DNA of 63,806 nt, filler included, from Dicyema japonicum (GCA_011109175.1; 5 parts of 5 records of this genome joined end to end with filler, not necessarily neighbours in it); one strand, 5' to 3'; shown: positions 37,169 to 51,699, counted from the whole stretch's first letter. The notes: generated from the sequence alone by a model not told the origin. A program made the numbers and translations.

Positions 37169-38091
37169 ATGGAAGCACCTTCATTATATGCATTATGCAT
37201 CAATAATATTCGAACGAACGTTAAAGAACAAAAATATATAAAATTAAGCGATAAATCTAAGAAAATGATTTCCAAACACCTTCATTATATGCATTATGCA
37301 TCAAAAATATTCGAACGAACGTTAAAGAACAAAAATATATAAAATTAAGCGATAAATCTAAGAAAATGATTTGCAAAAGAACTCTTAACGAATTGAAATA
37401 TTTGATTCCTCACTCTAAGAGAAATCTACTTTTTAAAGATTCATTTTTAAATAAAATTTCAGATGTAGTGCAGAAGATATGTATTCGTATTGGAATCGCA
37501 CAACGCCTGGGAGGTGATGTTTGCGTCGAACACCAATGTCGCTGTGGAGGGATCGTCGATGCCAAAGGGCTGCACCCGCTCTCGTGCAAAAGGAGTGCGG
37601 GCAGAGCACCTCGCCATGCTGCTATGAACAACATTGTCTTGCAAGCTCTTGAAGCGGCAGGCTTCCCGGCAGTATTGGAACCTGTGGGATTGGACCGAGA
37701 AGATGGGAAAAGACCGGATGGGTTAACTATCTTTCCGTTCACTGAGGGAAAATCGCTCGTATGGGACTGCACTGTTGTGGATTCTTTCCCGAACTCGATG
37801 ATGCTCAGCTCGGCGCAGTCTGCTGGATCGGCAGCCGATCTGGCCGAAAAAATCAAGATTAAAAAATATGGCGAAATTGGAGACCGCTACCGTTTTGTAC
37901 CGGTAGCAATCGAGACGTCTGGTGCGGCTGGAAGTATTACAGCCTCTTTCCTAAAGGAAATCGGGGGAAAATTGGCCCACCGCAAGAAAGACGTGCGGGA
38001 AGCGGTCTGGCTGAGGCAAAGAATTGGTATCGCAGTTATTCGCGGAAACGCTTACTCCGTGATGTCAGCAGCCGCTCTCCCCCATAGTTAA
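37169..38091 (+). CDS. Chimeric ORF: ZYG11-like N-terminus (~71 aa) fused in frame to a CRE-clade restriction-like endonuclease domain (~202 aa). A 101-bp tandem duplication separates the first ATG from the rest
   Basis: MEAPSLYALCINNIRTNV...SKKMICKRTLNELKYL parallels MQIPSLYALCINDFRKNI...SKTMICKRIHNEIEYL at 14852. From 37483 it reads IRIGIAQRLGG..HQCRCGGIVDAKGLHPLSC..RH..N...KRPDGLTIFPF..GKSLVWD.T..D...KIKKY...VPVAIET.G...WLRQRIGIAVIRGNA. Base composition shifts sharply from AT-rich to about half GC at the junction. Confidence 0.75.
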
Positions 38092-38143
38092 TAAATAATA
38101 TTTTATTGTTAATAAATTTTTGTTTAAAAAAAAAAGAAAAAAA
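37483..38143 (+). mobile_element. 5'-truncated CRE-like non-LTR retrotransposon 3' end (CCHC + RLE, short 3' UTR, poly(A))
   Basis: Stop-free RLE frame to TAA at 38089-38091, then ~35 nt of UTR and an A-tract (AAAAAAAAAAGAAAAAAAA) ending near 38143. No TSD seen. Confidence 0.85.
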
Positions 38144-41100
38144 AGTTAATTGCTCCACTTTAGACGATTGCCATTTTGTTTGATTGGCTGTTTAAATCGG
38201 ACATTTAAAATCGATATTTAACGGCTCGTATTCAACCGTATTTTATTCTGAACCGGTCACAGTTATTAACTATGAGATGGTTAATTTCGTAATGTCTTTT
38301 TAAGATGTACTCTTTTTTATTGTTATTTCGAAATAACGGTGTATCTTTCTACTAACCATCGTACAAAAGTACTATCGTTCACATTTCTCTTAAAATACCC
38401 GTTTTTTAGGTATTTCAAGAATTAACGCCATTGACAGTTCCACAGTCTTCTCAGGTGGTCTCATTTTTATTACGAGAGGATAAGTGTCCACGATTAATTA
38501 TAAGAAAATATTTACCAGAACATAATTGTCACTAAAGAAAAATAAAATAATTGAGGTTAATTACAAAATTCATAAAAAGCAAGAAAATATAATAAAAACG
38601 AAATAAACTAATTTATCAACAAATCACACCCATTTGAATGATTTCAGATTTAATGCTTTAAGTAAAGTTAATATCGCCGAGCAAATAAGAAAAATGTCAG
38701 ACTTTTCGAGAAAAGGTTTTTTAACTTGTCACTCAAGTTTAGATGAATTATCGCCAGAATATAATAAGACATGACTCTTGTATTTTGTTATCACCTAAAA
38801 TAACAAACAATGTTAAATACATTAAAAATATTTTAATAATGAAAAGTTCATTTTTTACAAAATGTTATTAGTTCAAATAATTGTTGATGTCTGTAACATG
38901 TGTTAAAGTCTTGATATTATCTAAGCATCACCAATCTTTTGGAATATTTAGAACTCCTAGAAAAAGTAAATGATACTTCTTCCTTGTTTAAAATCGAATA
39001 CCGGATATTACAGCGAATACCGATTTATTTAAGAATGTTCGTGTGGCAGCTTCTAGAGGACGCTGAAAAGTATCAACAGTGTTATCAACGAAGATGGCAG
39101 CGGAGTGAAAGCTGTTACCTCTAGTGCTTCAAAACTTAACGGAAACTTGCAAACAATCTTATAAAATATTGTGTGTAATCGTATATGTGAAGCTTCTGTC
39201 ATGATCAAAATCATGTCCAAGTTCATGGCAGAATGAAAAAAACTGATGACATTGATAAACTACAAAAAAACGTGCAAGAGAAAAACTGCATATAAAAAAC
39301 TGGTAGAACAGATAGAAAAGCAGGGTATACGTCGAACCCTAAGTATTCATGTGCTCATGGATCACACGGAAGTGCCTCCAACTAATGTGCGTCTTCTGAC
39401 ATTGGATTCTCCACACTTTCAATTTTGATTGGAAGATTGGTTACGAATGAAACAGATCGAGTGCGATTGAACTTAACAGATTTTCTTGTCTTGGAAGACA
39501 CGAAGATGCTGACATGAGGTAAATTCTAAGTGTGTTTAATTTGAAAAAAATAGAATAAATCTGACGCACTAGAATATCCGAGAATAGTTGAGATCTGAAA
39601 ATTTCTAAGTTTATAATATAACTAATAAGCACTAATGAGTTAAAATGTCAATTTGATCTTTCATCCATAAAAATTTAACATATCAACTTACTCCGGTAGA
39701 ATGTGATGCGTTTTGGTCAGGTTTGACAGCAGCACAATTCATCTCGAACGAGGTTTGACTGTACAGAGAAATTGCGTGGGATCCGGTGAAGATTTTGTTT
39801 GTTATGTGATTTCTTTAAATCCTCAGAGGGGTGGAAACTGAAAGAATATTTGTTGCTTGGAGGATGTTTTTTCTTATCTCAATGCGGTTAGGATAATGGG
39901 TAAAGGTGACATCAATGAGGTCAGAAATCCAATTGAGACACAGAGACCCTCACAAGGGGATATGATTTTCAAATTGCCTGTTATGGCCATCCTTCGCCGC
40001 AATGGCCAGTCTCTCTTAGCATTTTGAACACGAATTGTTTGTAATGTCCTCTTTTTCCAAATAATTACCTCCAATAAATTGATAAAAATTAAAAATTTCC
40101 TTTTTGATTATCTGTTTGAAGACTTCAACTCATGGTAGATCTTGGGTATTCGGAACTAAGATCTTGGATAGTGGATATAAAAGGAAGTGAACTCTAGATT
40201 CTTTTCTGACAGATTTTTTGGAGGCGTTTAGAGTGCTTGCTCCCAAAATTATCGAGTTCGTCGAGACTTTCAGTAGGCTTGTACGAACACGAAAGAATGA
40301 ATCCAGATTCTTCAAAACATCAATTTCGCGGGGGTAATTCTAATTAAGCTTTGATGTCTAATCTCCCATTAACATCTCGTTTAATTATCATAACTCAACA
40401 ATTTCGCTTAGTCTCTCATAACTCATACAAAATAGGTTGTATCATCCATTCAAATTCAATAATATGCTATAACCAATAATTGAATCATTCTGGCACACTT
40501 GTGAATTTCCAATAGAATGAAATAATTTATTAAACAAAACAGTTAACATAGATAACACTAATTATAACGGCCGTTTTGCTGCTTTTTACAATTTTCCATG
40601 TATTTTTCATAGTTAATCCATCGAGGAATAGGGTTCTTTTTGATTTTCTCATCCTTATCAATTTCGTGATAAATGAAAAGACACGATGTTCCATATTCAC
40701 ATAAAAAACTTTTGTGTTAGTTCCTGCAGAGATTTGTCTTGTATCCTGCTTTACGTGCTTTGTTTATTAACTCAGTTTCCTGATGAGAAAAGTAGCAGTT
40801 TTCCCCATGTATACACGTTCCACTATCTTAAAAGTTCTTGCAAACCTTATTCTTTCCTTATTCAAATTAAGTCTCAGAAGGGTTGTCAACAGTTTCTTTT
40901 AAAGACATGTAGCTGATTCATAAATATCGCGAACAAAGCTTTAAATATCGTCAACTTTACGTGTTTTATGAAATTCTTTCAAAATAATTATGAAATGCTC
41001 AATTGATCTTTTAAAATAAATGAGACGTGTCATATTCTTCCAAGACTATATTTGAAATATATGAAGGCCTTACTTCTCTTTAGGTATTCCAAAATCCTCC

Positions 41101-41639
41101 TCCCATTGATTTCTCAAATCGACATTAGTAACAATCTTCAGCACCCTTATGGGGATCATCCAGTCGTTTTCGGAGACCAAAAATCTCTTCGACTATTCGA
41201 AAAGTGCGACAATCTACCGACAAGGTGGGTCCAATGGCTGCCATGATAGACGATTAAAAGGTCATAGTCAGGCATTACTCTAAGGTGATAATCTATCGAC
41301 TCTCTCTGGAGATAGTTTGCATTATATCTCTCCCAAACTAACAAAAAGTAATCAAATTCATCGAATGGTCCCAGACGGTGAACGTAGGGAGGCAATTTTA
41401 TGCTTTTCAGGAGAAATGTATTTTAGTTATGGTGGAGAATGAGAAAATAATTCACACGTGCACTGATAGATTTCCGATTGCAGGATTTATACTCTGGTTG
41501 GATTATGAATACAAAAGATGAGCCAAAGTGGTCTCCAAAAACATAACCCTCTCTCACGATAAATATCCCTTTTTTACTGTTTGAATTTTAATAGTTTCTT
41601 CATTATTATTGTTAATATCACTTTTGAAGAACAAAAAAT

Positions 41640-42436
41640 GTAATTTATTTAATTAAGGTTCCGCTTTTGCCGTATTTTTCTACAGGTAATTCTTTCTCCC
41701 ACGATTCTCTTAACTAACTTCCTCCATGATCCACGGTTACTGGCAATTATTCTGAGGGTATCTAAATCATCTCCTGTTTTCAACTTTCTTCCTACATTGG
41801 TCAGCTCTTTGTGTAGAACCTCTGGCAAAGTTATGCAAGGTCTTCCACGGAACGAGGTATTCACTTCTGGGCAGAAATAGTTCCCATTGCTATTTTAGAA
41901 GGCGTCATCTGGCTCATTCGAAAGATGTGACCAAAAAAACGCCATCTTGATTCAATGATATCCTGACTCAATGGTCTTGTATTACATACTTCGTATAGAT
42001 TATTGATTGTAATTTTTTTGGCCAGTTGATACCAAGCAACAGTCGGAGATGTTTAGTCTTTTACGTATTGATTTTGATGAACCATTTTTCTAAGACATCG
42101 GGCATCTTTGTCCGTATATAGTTTAATGTTTTCTCGTCGCTGGATATATAGTCGAATCATCTGCATAAATCACTTCAATTTGAGGTAAATCGCCAATTTA
42201 TAGTCTGAAGTCTCTGAGTGCTGCCTCCAGATAAGTCACAAAAATTACCGGTGACAAGGAATCTCCCTGCGCTACCCCGAACGTATTCTCGAATGGGACA
42301 GACTCCGAATTTCCAAAACGTACACTTAGCTGAGCTGTTCCAAATAATAGACGGATCATTCTGACACTTTCCTCGACAACCAACTTCTCGACAACCTTCG
42401 TTCTTTTCTTTATTTTATACAGGGTTCCGCATGTCT
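41640..42436 (-). mobile_element. RTE-clade LINE RT and 3' end, degenerate
   Basis: FGVAQGDSLSPVIFVTYLEAALRD, then ...YADDST..., RWRFFGHIFR, RGRPCITLPEVLHKEL...LRIIASNRGSW. Confidence 0.85.
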
Positions 42437-45419
42437 NNNNNNNNNNNNNNNNNNNNNNNNNNNNNNNNNNNNNNNNNNNNNNNNNNNNNNNNNNNNNNNN
42501 NNNNNNNNNNNNNNNNNNNNNNNNNNNNNNNNNNNNNNNNNNNNNNNNNNNNNNNNNNNNNNNNNNNNNNNNNNNNNNNNNNNNNNNNNNNNNNNNNNNN
42601 NNNNNNNNNNNNNNNNNNNNNNNNNNNNNNNNNNNNNNNNNNNNNNNNNNNNNNNNNNNNNNNNNNNNNNNNNNNNNNNNNNNNNNNNNNNNNNNNNNNN
42701 NNNNNAAGCCTTCAATGATAAATTGTTCATCCTCTTCGAGCCCTCACTGACATCTGAATGTGAGATTAAATTAATCGGCTGTGTTCTCTTCGGTCTTATA
42801 AATTTTCCTGAAAGGTTTGTTGCTTATAATGGCTAATGTTTAATGAGCTTGTTAAGATGTGGTGATCCGTCTGTTGTCTTTTAAAATTCCTATTGGAAAT
42901 TTTATGTTTTCTCGAGAGTGCTTTAATAACAATAATATCGTACGAACATAGGTTAAATATGATAGCTCTCAGATTTCAAATGAAAAGTGATGGTAACCAG
43001 TACAGCATGTCATAGTGTATCCTGTTAAAGTGTATGGAAACATTCCCGGATATTTTTGAATTTTTAAATATGTACTATAATCTATCTTCAACCTTACTCA
43101 TGAGAAATACCTAATCCAGAATGCAACAAGGAAATCCCATCGTCTCCTGAAAAATTAAAATACACTCAAAAATGTTAATTTTTTAATTTGCCACAATTTT
43201 TAATTTTTACATTAAATTTTATCTTATATCAGTGGAACTTTTTCATTCTGGATATGACGGTGTTTTTTGGTTCAATAAATTTAAAATTGAAGAAGCTTAC
43301 ACATTTGAAAAACAAATATATAAATATTTCGTTCTAATTTTCCACATTTGGTGTTTTCTTACTAGAAAATTCATTATTACTTTTAAGATGATAAAATCTC
43401 GACAAACAAAGGTTTTCATGGAGTTTGGGTTTTCTCGAAACGTGGTGGAATGTGTAAATATAATGCAGTCTATACTCCAGTACTAGTACTCTTCAGGTTT
43501 GGGGATAATTATGTCAATAGTAAAGTACATTAAGTAGAGAATCAAATATTAGTGGAATAAAGGAACAAATAGATCCAAGAAGTGTCTATATTATGATTAG
43601 CTAATAAGACATCCATCCTGTACAATGAAATTATTACGGTTTATTATTACTTGATATTTATGTTTCATAACTTATATTCTTCCAACAATTATATTTTCCA
43701 CAAAAAGTGATGTAATGTCAATATTATAGTTGAAAAGTAATAAATCACTGGCGGATATTAATCTATGATTAATACTATAATTACTAGTCAGCAGTTCATA
43801 TAACCAATTCGGAGTATCCTTAAGAGCCTGAGTGTCCACTATTTTGGCTATTAAAGAAAATTCTTTAGCGGTAATAGCACGAAAATATCCATCTAAACTT
43901 GTCAGAAATGATTTTAAATTGGGAAATCTTGAGGAGTGTACATTCAATATTTTGCTTTAAAATACAAATACAGTGTGTTTAAATTAATAAATAAGGTATT
44001 TTGGCAATCCGATGTGTAAGTAATAATTTAAGTTAAAAAAATAATTTTTTCGATTAAAAATCCCAATTTTTTTCAAATCTAATTTTTTTGAAACGCACTT
44101 TACATGTAAATGTCCTAAAAAAATTAATCAGCGAGGGAATATTAAAGAAACTACTTTTGGTGGTTAGATCTCAGAATCCCTGTTGAATCACCGGATATTG
44201 AGGAGAGTCTATTAAATTCACAAATTTAAGATGAGGTAGTGATTCAGTATTCACTATGGCGTGGATTATTTCTAATAATGATAATTATAGAAAACTTATA
44301 ATTTCTTGATTTTAATAACAGATCCAATTCTGTTGTGGCGAATATGGATGTTATTAATCTACAATTGGGAGATTATATTTGAAGTTCCTGTGAAAATACT
44401 CTCGTGGAACTGTGGGATATTCAACCGACAATATCAATGGAACCTATAATAATTAGTAACAATCAAGTAAATTTCTATCTATCTAACATATATATTTGGT
44501 TTCCAATCAAATTCAGTGAAACAGGAAAGAATGCGAGAATTTACAACTCAGATGATTTTACAACTCCATATAATTTAGAGGTTCAAGGATCTTACTCTTT
44601 ATTCCAATTACATTTAGTTGAACTATTCTAGTTGGTACATGGTTAGGTTCAGTATCTCCAATTTCATTTCAAAAAAACACGATGAGGGGGTGAATCGAAT
44701 TTGTTAGATGTAATTAAAGAACAGACAGTTTTCCTCAGATTTTTGCTGAATGACATAATCATTATCACAATTCATCATATAGAACTTAAACCTTAAGCTA
44801 TGCGCACACACGCACAAGAGAAATATGTTCAAACAGTTGAGATCGCATGAAGTAGAGATCGCATATTTACTCTATAAGGAACATATTTAATTCACCGCGA
44901 ATACTACAATATAAACCAAAATGTACACACATAATAAGATGCTTGATTAAATCAGCCACAACTGATGTCAGCATTGGATGATCATCTGGCTGAACAGAGG
45001 GGGCTTGTAATTCCAGATATAAACGAAATAATACTAAAAAACACGTTTTAAATTAAATCAAAAATTATAGTTGGTATTTTGGTCACTGGTGGAATCCTCC
45101 GATAGATTTTGTAAGATATTGATCCTTGAGCACATAATTAGTTTATTAACCTTTTTTGATGATGGTCTTGGGGTTTTATAAATAACTATATCTGTGTAAC
45201 AATGACACGTGGTTCATCTACGTAGAGGAATTTTTCACTTGAATTGTTAGAATAGAGTTTCAACCTTCTATCCAGCATCATGGAAACGGATATTGTTTTA
45301 TCCTGCTTTTATACTGGAGGGACGTCGACGAAAATCCTTGACAAGATCTCATTATAATGCAAATTAACTATAAAAAAATCAGGACGAATATTACCGAACT
45401 ATAACGCTTTAACTTCAGA

Positions 45420-46160
45420 CATTCTGTAGATATCGCTATTTTCCGTGAGCCAAACTCATATTGCCCCCGCAGCTATTGAATCACCGATAGAGAGGTAATC
45501 TAATTTTTGATGTGGAGATCTCAACGCCATATGTCTTCAATGACAGACTACCCAATTAACCGACAAGAGAGGTAATCTAATTTTTGACTCTTTATAAAGC
45601 CAATGATTCTAAATCTCCCGAACATACAACATTGCAAAGAAATCATAATCAACTTCACAAGGCTTGTCCATTTCTTCCTCAAAGATTGCCCACTAATTTC
45701 CTGGAACGTCTCTCACGACTTCCAAAGTGATCATAATCCAATTATACTAAGTTACGCCATTTCAAAACCTCAGAGCAACATTGAAGAATTACAAGAAAAC
45801 AGAGTAGCGAAATTTCAAGATATTCACTGACCGTAACGTGATTGAATTTTCATATTTAATTCTCTCGACATATGAGTGAACCATCTAAATAGTCTTATTC
45901 CAGACCAAAAAAAATATTATCTTTCGAGTAGTGCATAAATGCTATAATAATACGGAGGACGTGAGATCAAAATCAAGTCTACTCTAAATTGTTTCCGTCA
46001 AGGATCGCTTTACAATTTATTCTTAATCGAAGTATCTTGCCCAAGAGGGCTTGATTCAACGCTTCTAAAATATGTTGACAATTTAATTATTACAAGCCGA
46101 GACAGTTATGCGGATCTACAAAATCAAAACATCATTCACACCAAATCGCTATGTGGTATG
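45420..46160 (+). mobile_element. Highly decayed LINE (APE C-terminal SDH motif and RT remnant)
   Basis: WNVSHDFQSDHNPII at ~45700-45750; RQGSL...LKYVDNLII at ~45990-46095. Confidence 0.5.
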
Positions 46161-48156
46161 CTGAATTCGATTCATATTGTGATTCTTACAACTACTATCC
46201 ATAATTGCTCATATAAATGTTAGTTAAGCCATGTCTCAATTTTAAATAATTTTTTGGATAAATTATACACACGTTGTCATTGTAATTGTTGTTTTATGAA
46301 ACGTAACTGTACACGATTAAAAAACAAACAAAAAATTGACATTTTAAAGTTTATTGAATTACCAATAAAATATCAGAAATTTATTTCCAAAAAATATAAT
46401 GATTTCTCGTAGATCTATTGATGATATGAGAAGTAGAAGAGGATCTGAATATATGCTGAAAAACTTACGATCCTACATTTCTCGCAAAGAATATTTAAAG
46501 TTTAGTTTCAGTCATGTTATGTACAAATGTGGACAGATAAACGAACACTTTTACTAATTGGGATTTTACTAATTGGGCATGAACAAAATGTGTATAGAAA
46601 GGCATGAAACCTACCAGTTCTCTACTATATCTACGAATAGTACGTCGAACCATGCATCTCATAGGCATGTGACTTCTGGGGATGTTAATCTCTTCAAGAC
46701 ATTCCACGAAGTTCGAGGATAACAAAAAATGGCTTCTAGTATTACGGAGCGTTTTACTTGTCGAAAGTCCCAGTTTTTAATACCTCTGTAATCATTAGAC
46801 ATTAAAACCGAAAATGTGCAGTTGCGGCTACGACGAACGATTTATACGCCGTTATGTGCTTGGTTGGCTCGTGGGAGGAAGATCATCCCTGTCAAAAGTC
46901 TCAATTCGAGCTTGTCACGATTACTTGAGAAGTTATCTGGAGTTATCGTAGTATTTTGAATTTTTCATATTATTTATTTGGACGAATATGAGGAGGATTG
47001 AGGAAATGTCAAAGAGGAAGTTCAGATTTTATGGAGTGCTGAGAATGTATTGAATATCGGTCCGGATAGTAGACAGGATGAAGATAAGGACTCTGATGGA
47101 ACCCATCTGTAGCACGTGTTTTATGTNCTTGTCACGATTACTTGAGAAGTTATTTTGAGTCATCGTGGTATTTTGAATTTTTCATATTATTTATTTGGAC
47201 GAATTTGAGGAGGATTGAGGAAATGTCAAAGAGGAAGTTCAGATTTTATGGAGTGCTGAGAATGTATTGAATATCGGTCCGGATAGTAGACAGGATGAAG
47301 ATAAGGACTCTGATGGAACCCATCTGTAGCACGTGTTTTATGTCAAATTGAATGAAATATTGAATATATGTAATAAATTCCCATATAGAAATACTCAATA
47401 TTGAACACATTGATAAATCTTGAATATATTGATTAATCATAATAGTGTAGTAGATAAGCTGTCGCGAGCCAAATCAATTACCGAGCCACAGACGTTACCT
47501 TTGACAGAAGAAACCAATGTCAATCATTGTCAGAAAATAAAATAATCAATTATTTCAAAGCATACATTAACTAAATTACCGAGCCACAGACGTTACCTTT
47601 GACAGAAGAAACCAATGTCAATCATTGTCAGAAAATAAAATAATCAATTATTTCAAAGCATACATTAACTAATTGTTGATAATTATCTTTTTAAGGCGTT
47701 TAGAATGCACCTTCTTCGCAATTCCCTCGATATCTTTAACGTTGACAAAATTGTTAGACAATTTTTTCCAACAAGTTTTCAATTTTACGAAATATTATCT
47801 TCGTCTTTTTTGTTCTTAATAAAAATCAGATTCGACGCCATATTTTTTCTCGGCAAACCTCCAGAATAAATAAATGAAATAAATAATAATAGAAATTAGC
47901 GAGAATCATTAGGTTCGCCGTTCCTGGTGCCGCCAACTGTGGAATTAGTCACTCAGTAAAAAGTATCATTTGCTCACCATATTCCAAGAAAAATTTGTTT
48001 CTTGGACGGCTCTTTGCATTATTCGTCTGACCTGTTAAGAACGCTCTGACCTGAATTTTTATACCGAGTTATAGTGCTGGATAGATAAATAAACAGACAG
48101 ATCAAGCTGAATCATTTCATTAATAGCTCGGGAAATTTGGACGTTCCTAATTCTGG

Positions 48157-48631
48157 GATCTCGTAGAACGCTAAAAACTCGTAGAACGCTTGTATTTTGT
48201 CATACATGATTCACATAAATTGTAGTTTCAATAATTCATCTTAGTTATCAACATAATTACTATAAATACTCAAATTCCTCGTTATTACTTTTCATTTAAA
48301 TACCGTACTAAGCCAGCACCAACCTGGATCATCTATAACCAAGAAACAACACACGTGGCTATCAGTGGGAATATCACTGTTTTCTGGAAGGAGGATGATA
48401 AAGTAAATAATTTATAAAATCAGCTCCAATCGCATTTATTCAAAAACGTGAGAATTAAAACAGAATATATTAATTCGAATCCCCTTCAAATCATCATGGA
48501 TAGCGGACTAGTCGATTTTGGGGTCACCGCCAAATCCGATGGAAGAAAGTTTGAAATTTATCAGCTTGAGATAACAATATGTACTATAAATGCATATTTA
48601 GTCTGACAAAATACAAGCGTTCTACGAGATC
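48157..48631. mobile_element. MITE-like element with ~25-bp inverted repeats
   Basis: CTCGTAGAACGCTTGTATTTTGTCA (48178-48202; partial copy at 48157-48172) pairs with TGACAAAATACAAGCGTTCTACGAGATC (48604-48631). Confidence 0.6.
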
Positions 48632-49774
48632 AAACAATTTATTCAGAACTATCACGTGTATTGGCAATGTTTTATGGCTTGTCTGGAATACAGGAAATGT
48701 GTTGTTATTATTAGGCAATAGGGACTGTTTGTACCCTTAATGGAGGCTATTCTTAAAAGAACTGTTAAAAACGAATGAAGGAATAAGTTATAAGATCTCG
48801 AGAGTTCTTGATGATAATATAATTAAGCCCTTTGTGGAGGATTAGAATGTTTCCATAACTCATCTCANACAAGCGTTCTACGAGATCAAACAATTTATTC
48901 AGAACTATCACGTGTATTGGCAATGTTTTATGGCTTGTCTGGAATACAGGAAATGTGTTGTTATTATTAGGCAATAGGGACTGTTTGTACCCTTAATGGA
49001 GGCTATTCTTAAAAGAACTGTTAAAAACGAATGAAGGAATAAGTTATAAGATCTCGAGAGTTCTTGATGATAATATAATTAAGCCCTTTGTGGAGGATTA
49101 GAATGTTTCCATAACTCATCTCAGTTTAGGCAGAACTCACTTTATTTGAGAAGTAAATCATCATGTCAATTAATCAAAGACATCGAAGGTAGTATTCGCT
49201 TCTTGTTCTTTGCAGTTTGTTTTTTTGAGTATTTGAGACAATTCGGATTCGCGGTGATTAAAAATTAAAATTATTCCAAAGACCAAGGATAACAAAACTA
49301 AATAACTCCTTGACCATGACTCGTTCCAGCATTTTAGAACTTGTCTCCAGGTAACGACATTGTCCCCAAGAAAAATAGTTCGCAGTGATGAATCACTAAT
49401 GACGACGTTACTCATCAATCCTTATTTAATTATGAAATTAATAGTAAATATCAAATTTCATATCAATTAATTAAAAAAGTAAATTTTATTCAATTAATTA
49501 AAAAAATAAAATTTCAAAATTGTACGTGATGTAATGTTGTCAATAAACTTAATCATTAAAACGAGGTTAAATAATGAATATAATCAATTTAGTATATTAA
49601 ATGTGACATAAAGACAGTATATTAGAGATATCTGGTGATCTCTAACAAAAAAATTTTAGTTCTTGAAGAAGTTGCAAAAGATCGACATCCCAGTAAATCG
49701 AGCCATGTTTCTCATTTGCATGAGCCTCATGGGATGATATGTTGGACAACTATGAGGAAAATCTAGGAAATGGA

Positions 49775-49990
49775 AGAGGGCTTTCAGAGTTACGGAGCGG
49801 TGGATGTGTGGGGAACGTCAAACCGTGTCAACCCCGGTCCCGTAAATTCAGTCAGTCGTCCTGTACGATCATGCGCTGGCACGTGGAAGGAACACCTGTC
49901 GAAAGTGAGGTTACTGTCGGAATGCATCACGATTACGGAATTTACTGTCATGAATTTTCCTACAACATCCCACAATAGTGGATGTGAATA
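49775..49990 (+). mobile_element. Diverged copy of the same LINE 3' region
   Basis: GGCTTTCAGAGTTACGGAGCGGTGG matches 3483-3510; translates as NSVSRPVRSCAGTWKEH. Confidence 0.6.
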
Positions 49991-51699
49991 AACATGATGT
50001 TTGGAAGGAAGAGTCCCAATTCGACAGTGGTAACTAGATTTTTTTTATTCAGTGGTGACTAGATATACCCTGTAACGAATTTCCCTATATTTCTATTATA
50101 TTGGACTAATTAATATTGAACTTCATGAATTTGATGATCTTGAGCGTCAAATACGGCAACTGCCTACGACTCTCAAACCTGCAAATTAAGAGAGGTTATA
50201 TTCATGCAGGAAGACTTTTAGGAGAGGACTTGCCTCAGTCACTTTCAATAGTGAACTGATGCTCTTCTAGTTCCATAAAAATCTGGAAAGGCAGTCGGCT
50301 AAATATATTCCAAGGTAGGGGATTCTACGAGCAATTAAATCAAGGATATGGCATTTGGCTACAATCCCAGGATTTCTCGTCTCAAATATGCAATAACCGA
50401 CAAGGACACATAGATATTCAGTTTCTCAGACCACTCTGACTCAATAATTGCTTGATAAAATTAATTGTAAAAAATGCATGGAGGAACCCAATGTTGACTC
50501 TCAAAACCATGCTATTTGAACACAAATACGGGATGAAGGGTTCTGATGAAGACTGCACCTCTGCTACCTCTCAACTTGTGGAACTGGTATGCCGTGAGGA
50601 CATCCAATTGGACTCTAACGGAGATATTTCAGCTGCTGTGGAGATGGGGAATAACAAGGAGTTGACGGCACAATTTTCTTTTAAGAGAAAGAGAGGGATT
50701 ACCAGCAATCTGGATNAACACAAATACGGGATGAAGGGTTCTGATGAAGACTGCACCTCTGCTACCTCTCAACTTGTGGAACTGGTATGCCGTGAGGACA
50801 TCCCATTGGACTCTAACGGAGATATTTCAGCTGCTGTGGAGATGGGGAATAACAAGGAGTTGACGGCACAATTTTCTTTTAAGAGAAAGAGAGGGATTAC
50901 CAGCAATCTGGATCAAAATCTGCTTAATTAGACAATTTACTCGTTTACTTTGTTAATCTTCATTATTGAGTTTATTAGTTTTTTAATTTAATGATGTGGT
51001 AGTTTATAAAGATATATTTTTAATTTATATTTTCTAAACAATTGAAATCTATACTTTAATACTTTTTGTTTTTTTATAAATTAATTAAAAAAGAAATTCA
51101 TTTTTTAAATTATAAATAACTATGATTTAATTTATATTTTCTAAACAATTGAAATCTATACTTTAATACTTTTTGTTTTTTTATAAATTAATTAAAAAAG
51201 AAATTCATTTTTTAAATTATAAATAACTATGACGACAGAATGGCGAAGGCGTCTGATAATTGTCAATTCGAGTTTCTGCCTCAACCAGAGCCTTTCCTGT
51301 GGCGAGATGCTTCCAATCCTGGAGAGATGTGGTCAAATGGTGTTGGCATTGCTGACAGCAGTGTGTCTCCACAGCAATGAGGGTGAAATGGGATTGGCAT
51401 AGATGACAGATGGCTCAATGAATTGTTTGAGGAAATAAGGATTAAACAATAAAAAACATATTTTACTTTAATATTCTGAACTTCGCTGAAATCTTTATTT
51501 CATAGATTTGTTGTCCCAATCTGTTCAGCTATACTATACAATTTGTTTTGTATATTGATTAATTTATGATTTTTACTGATAGGATAAGATGTATTACAAG
51601 AATTATTCAGACAGGAGGGCGCTTTCGATAAGTGTGGGTGATGATATATAGTGTTTGATAACACATGGACTATTGAAATAAGAGCTATGGATACGTTTG

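Noticed and set aside
50452-50931. 159-aa ORF with an exact internal repeat
   Set aside because: The repeat is the duplication around the single n at 50716, and the protein is not recognisable.
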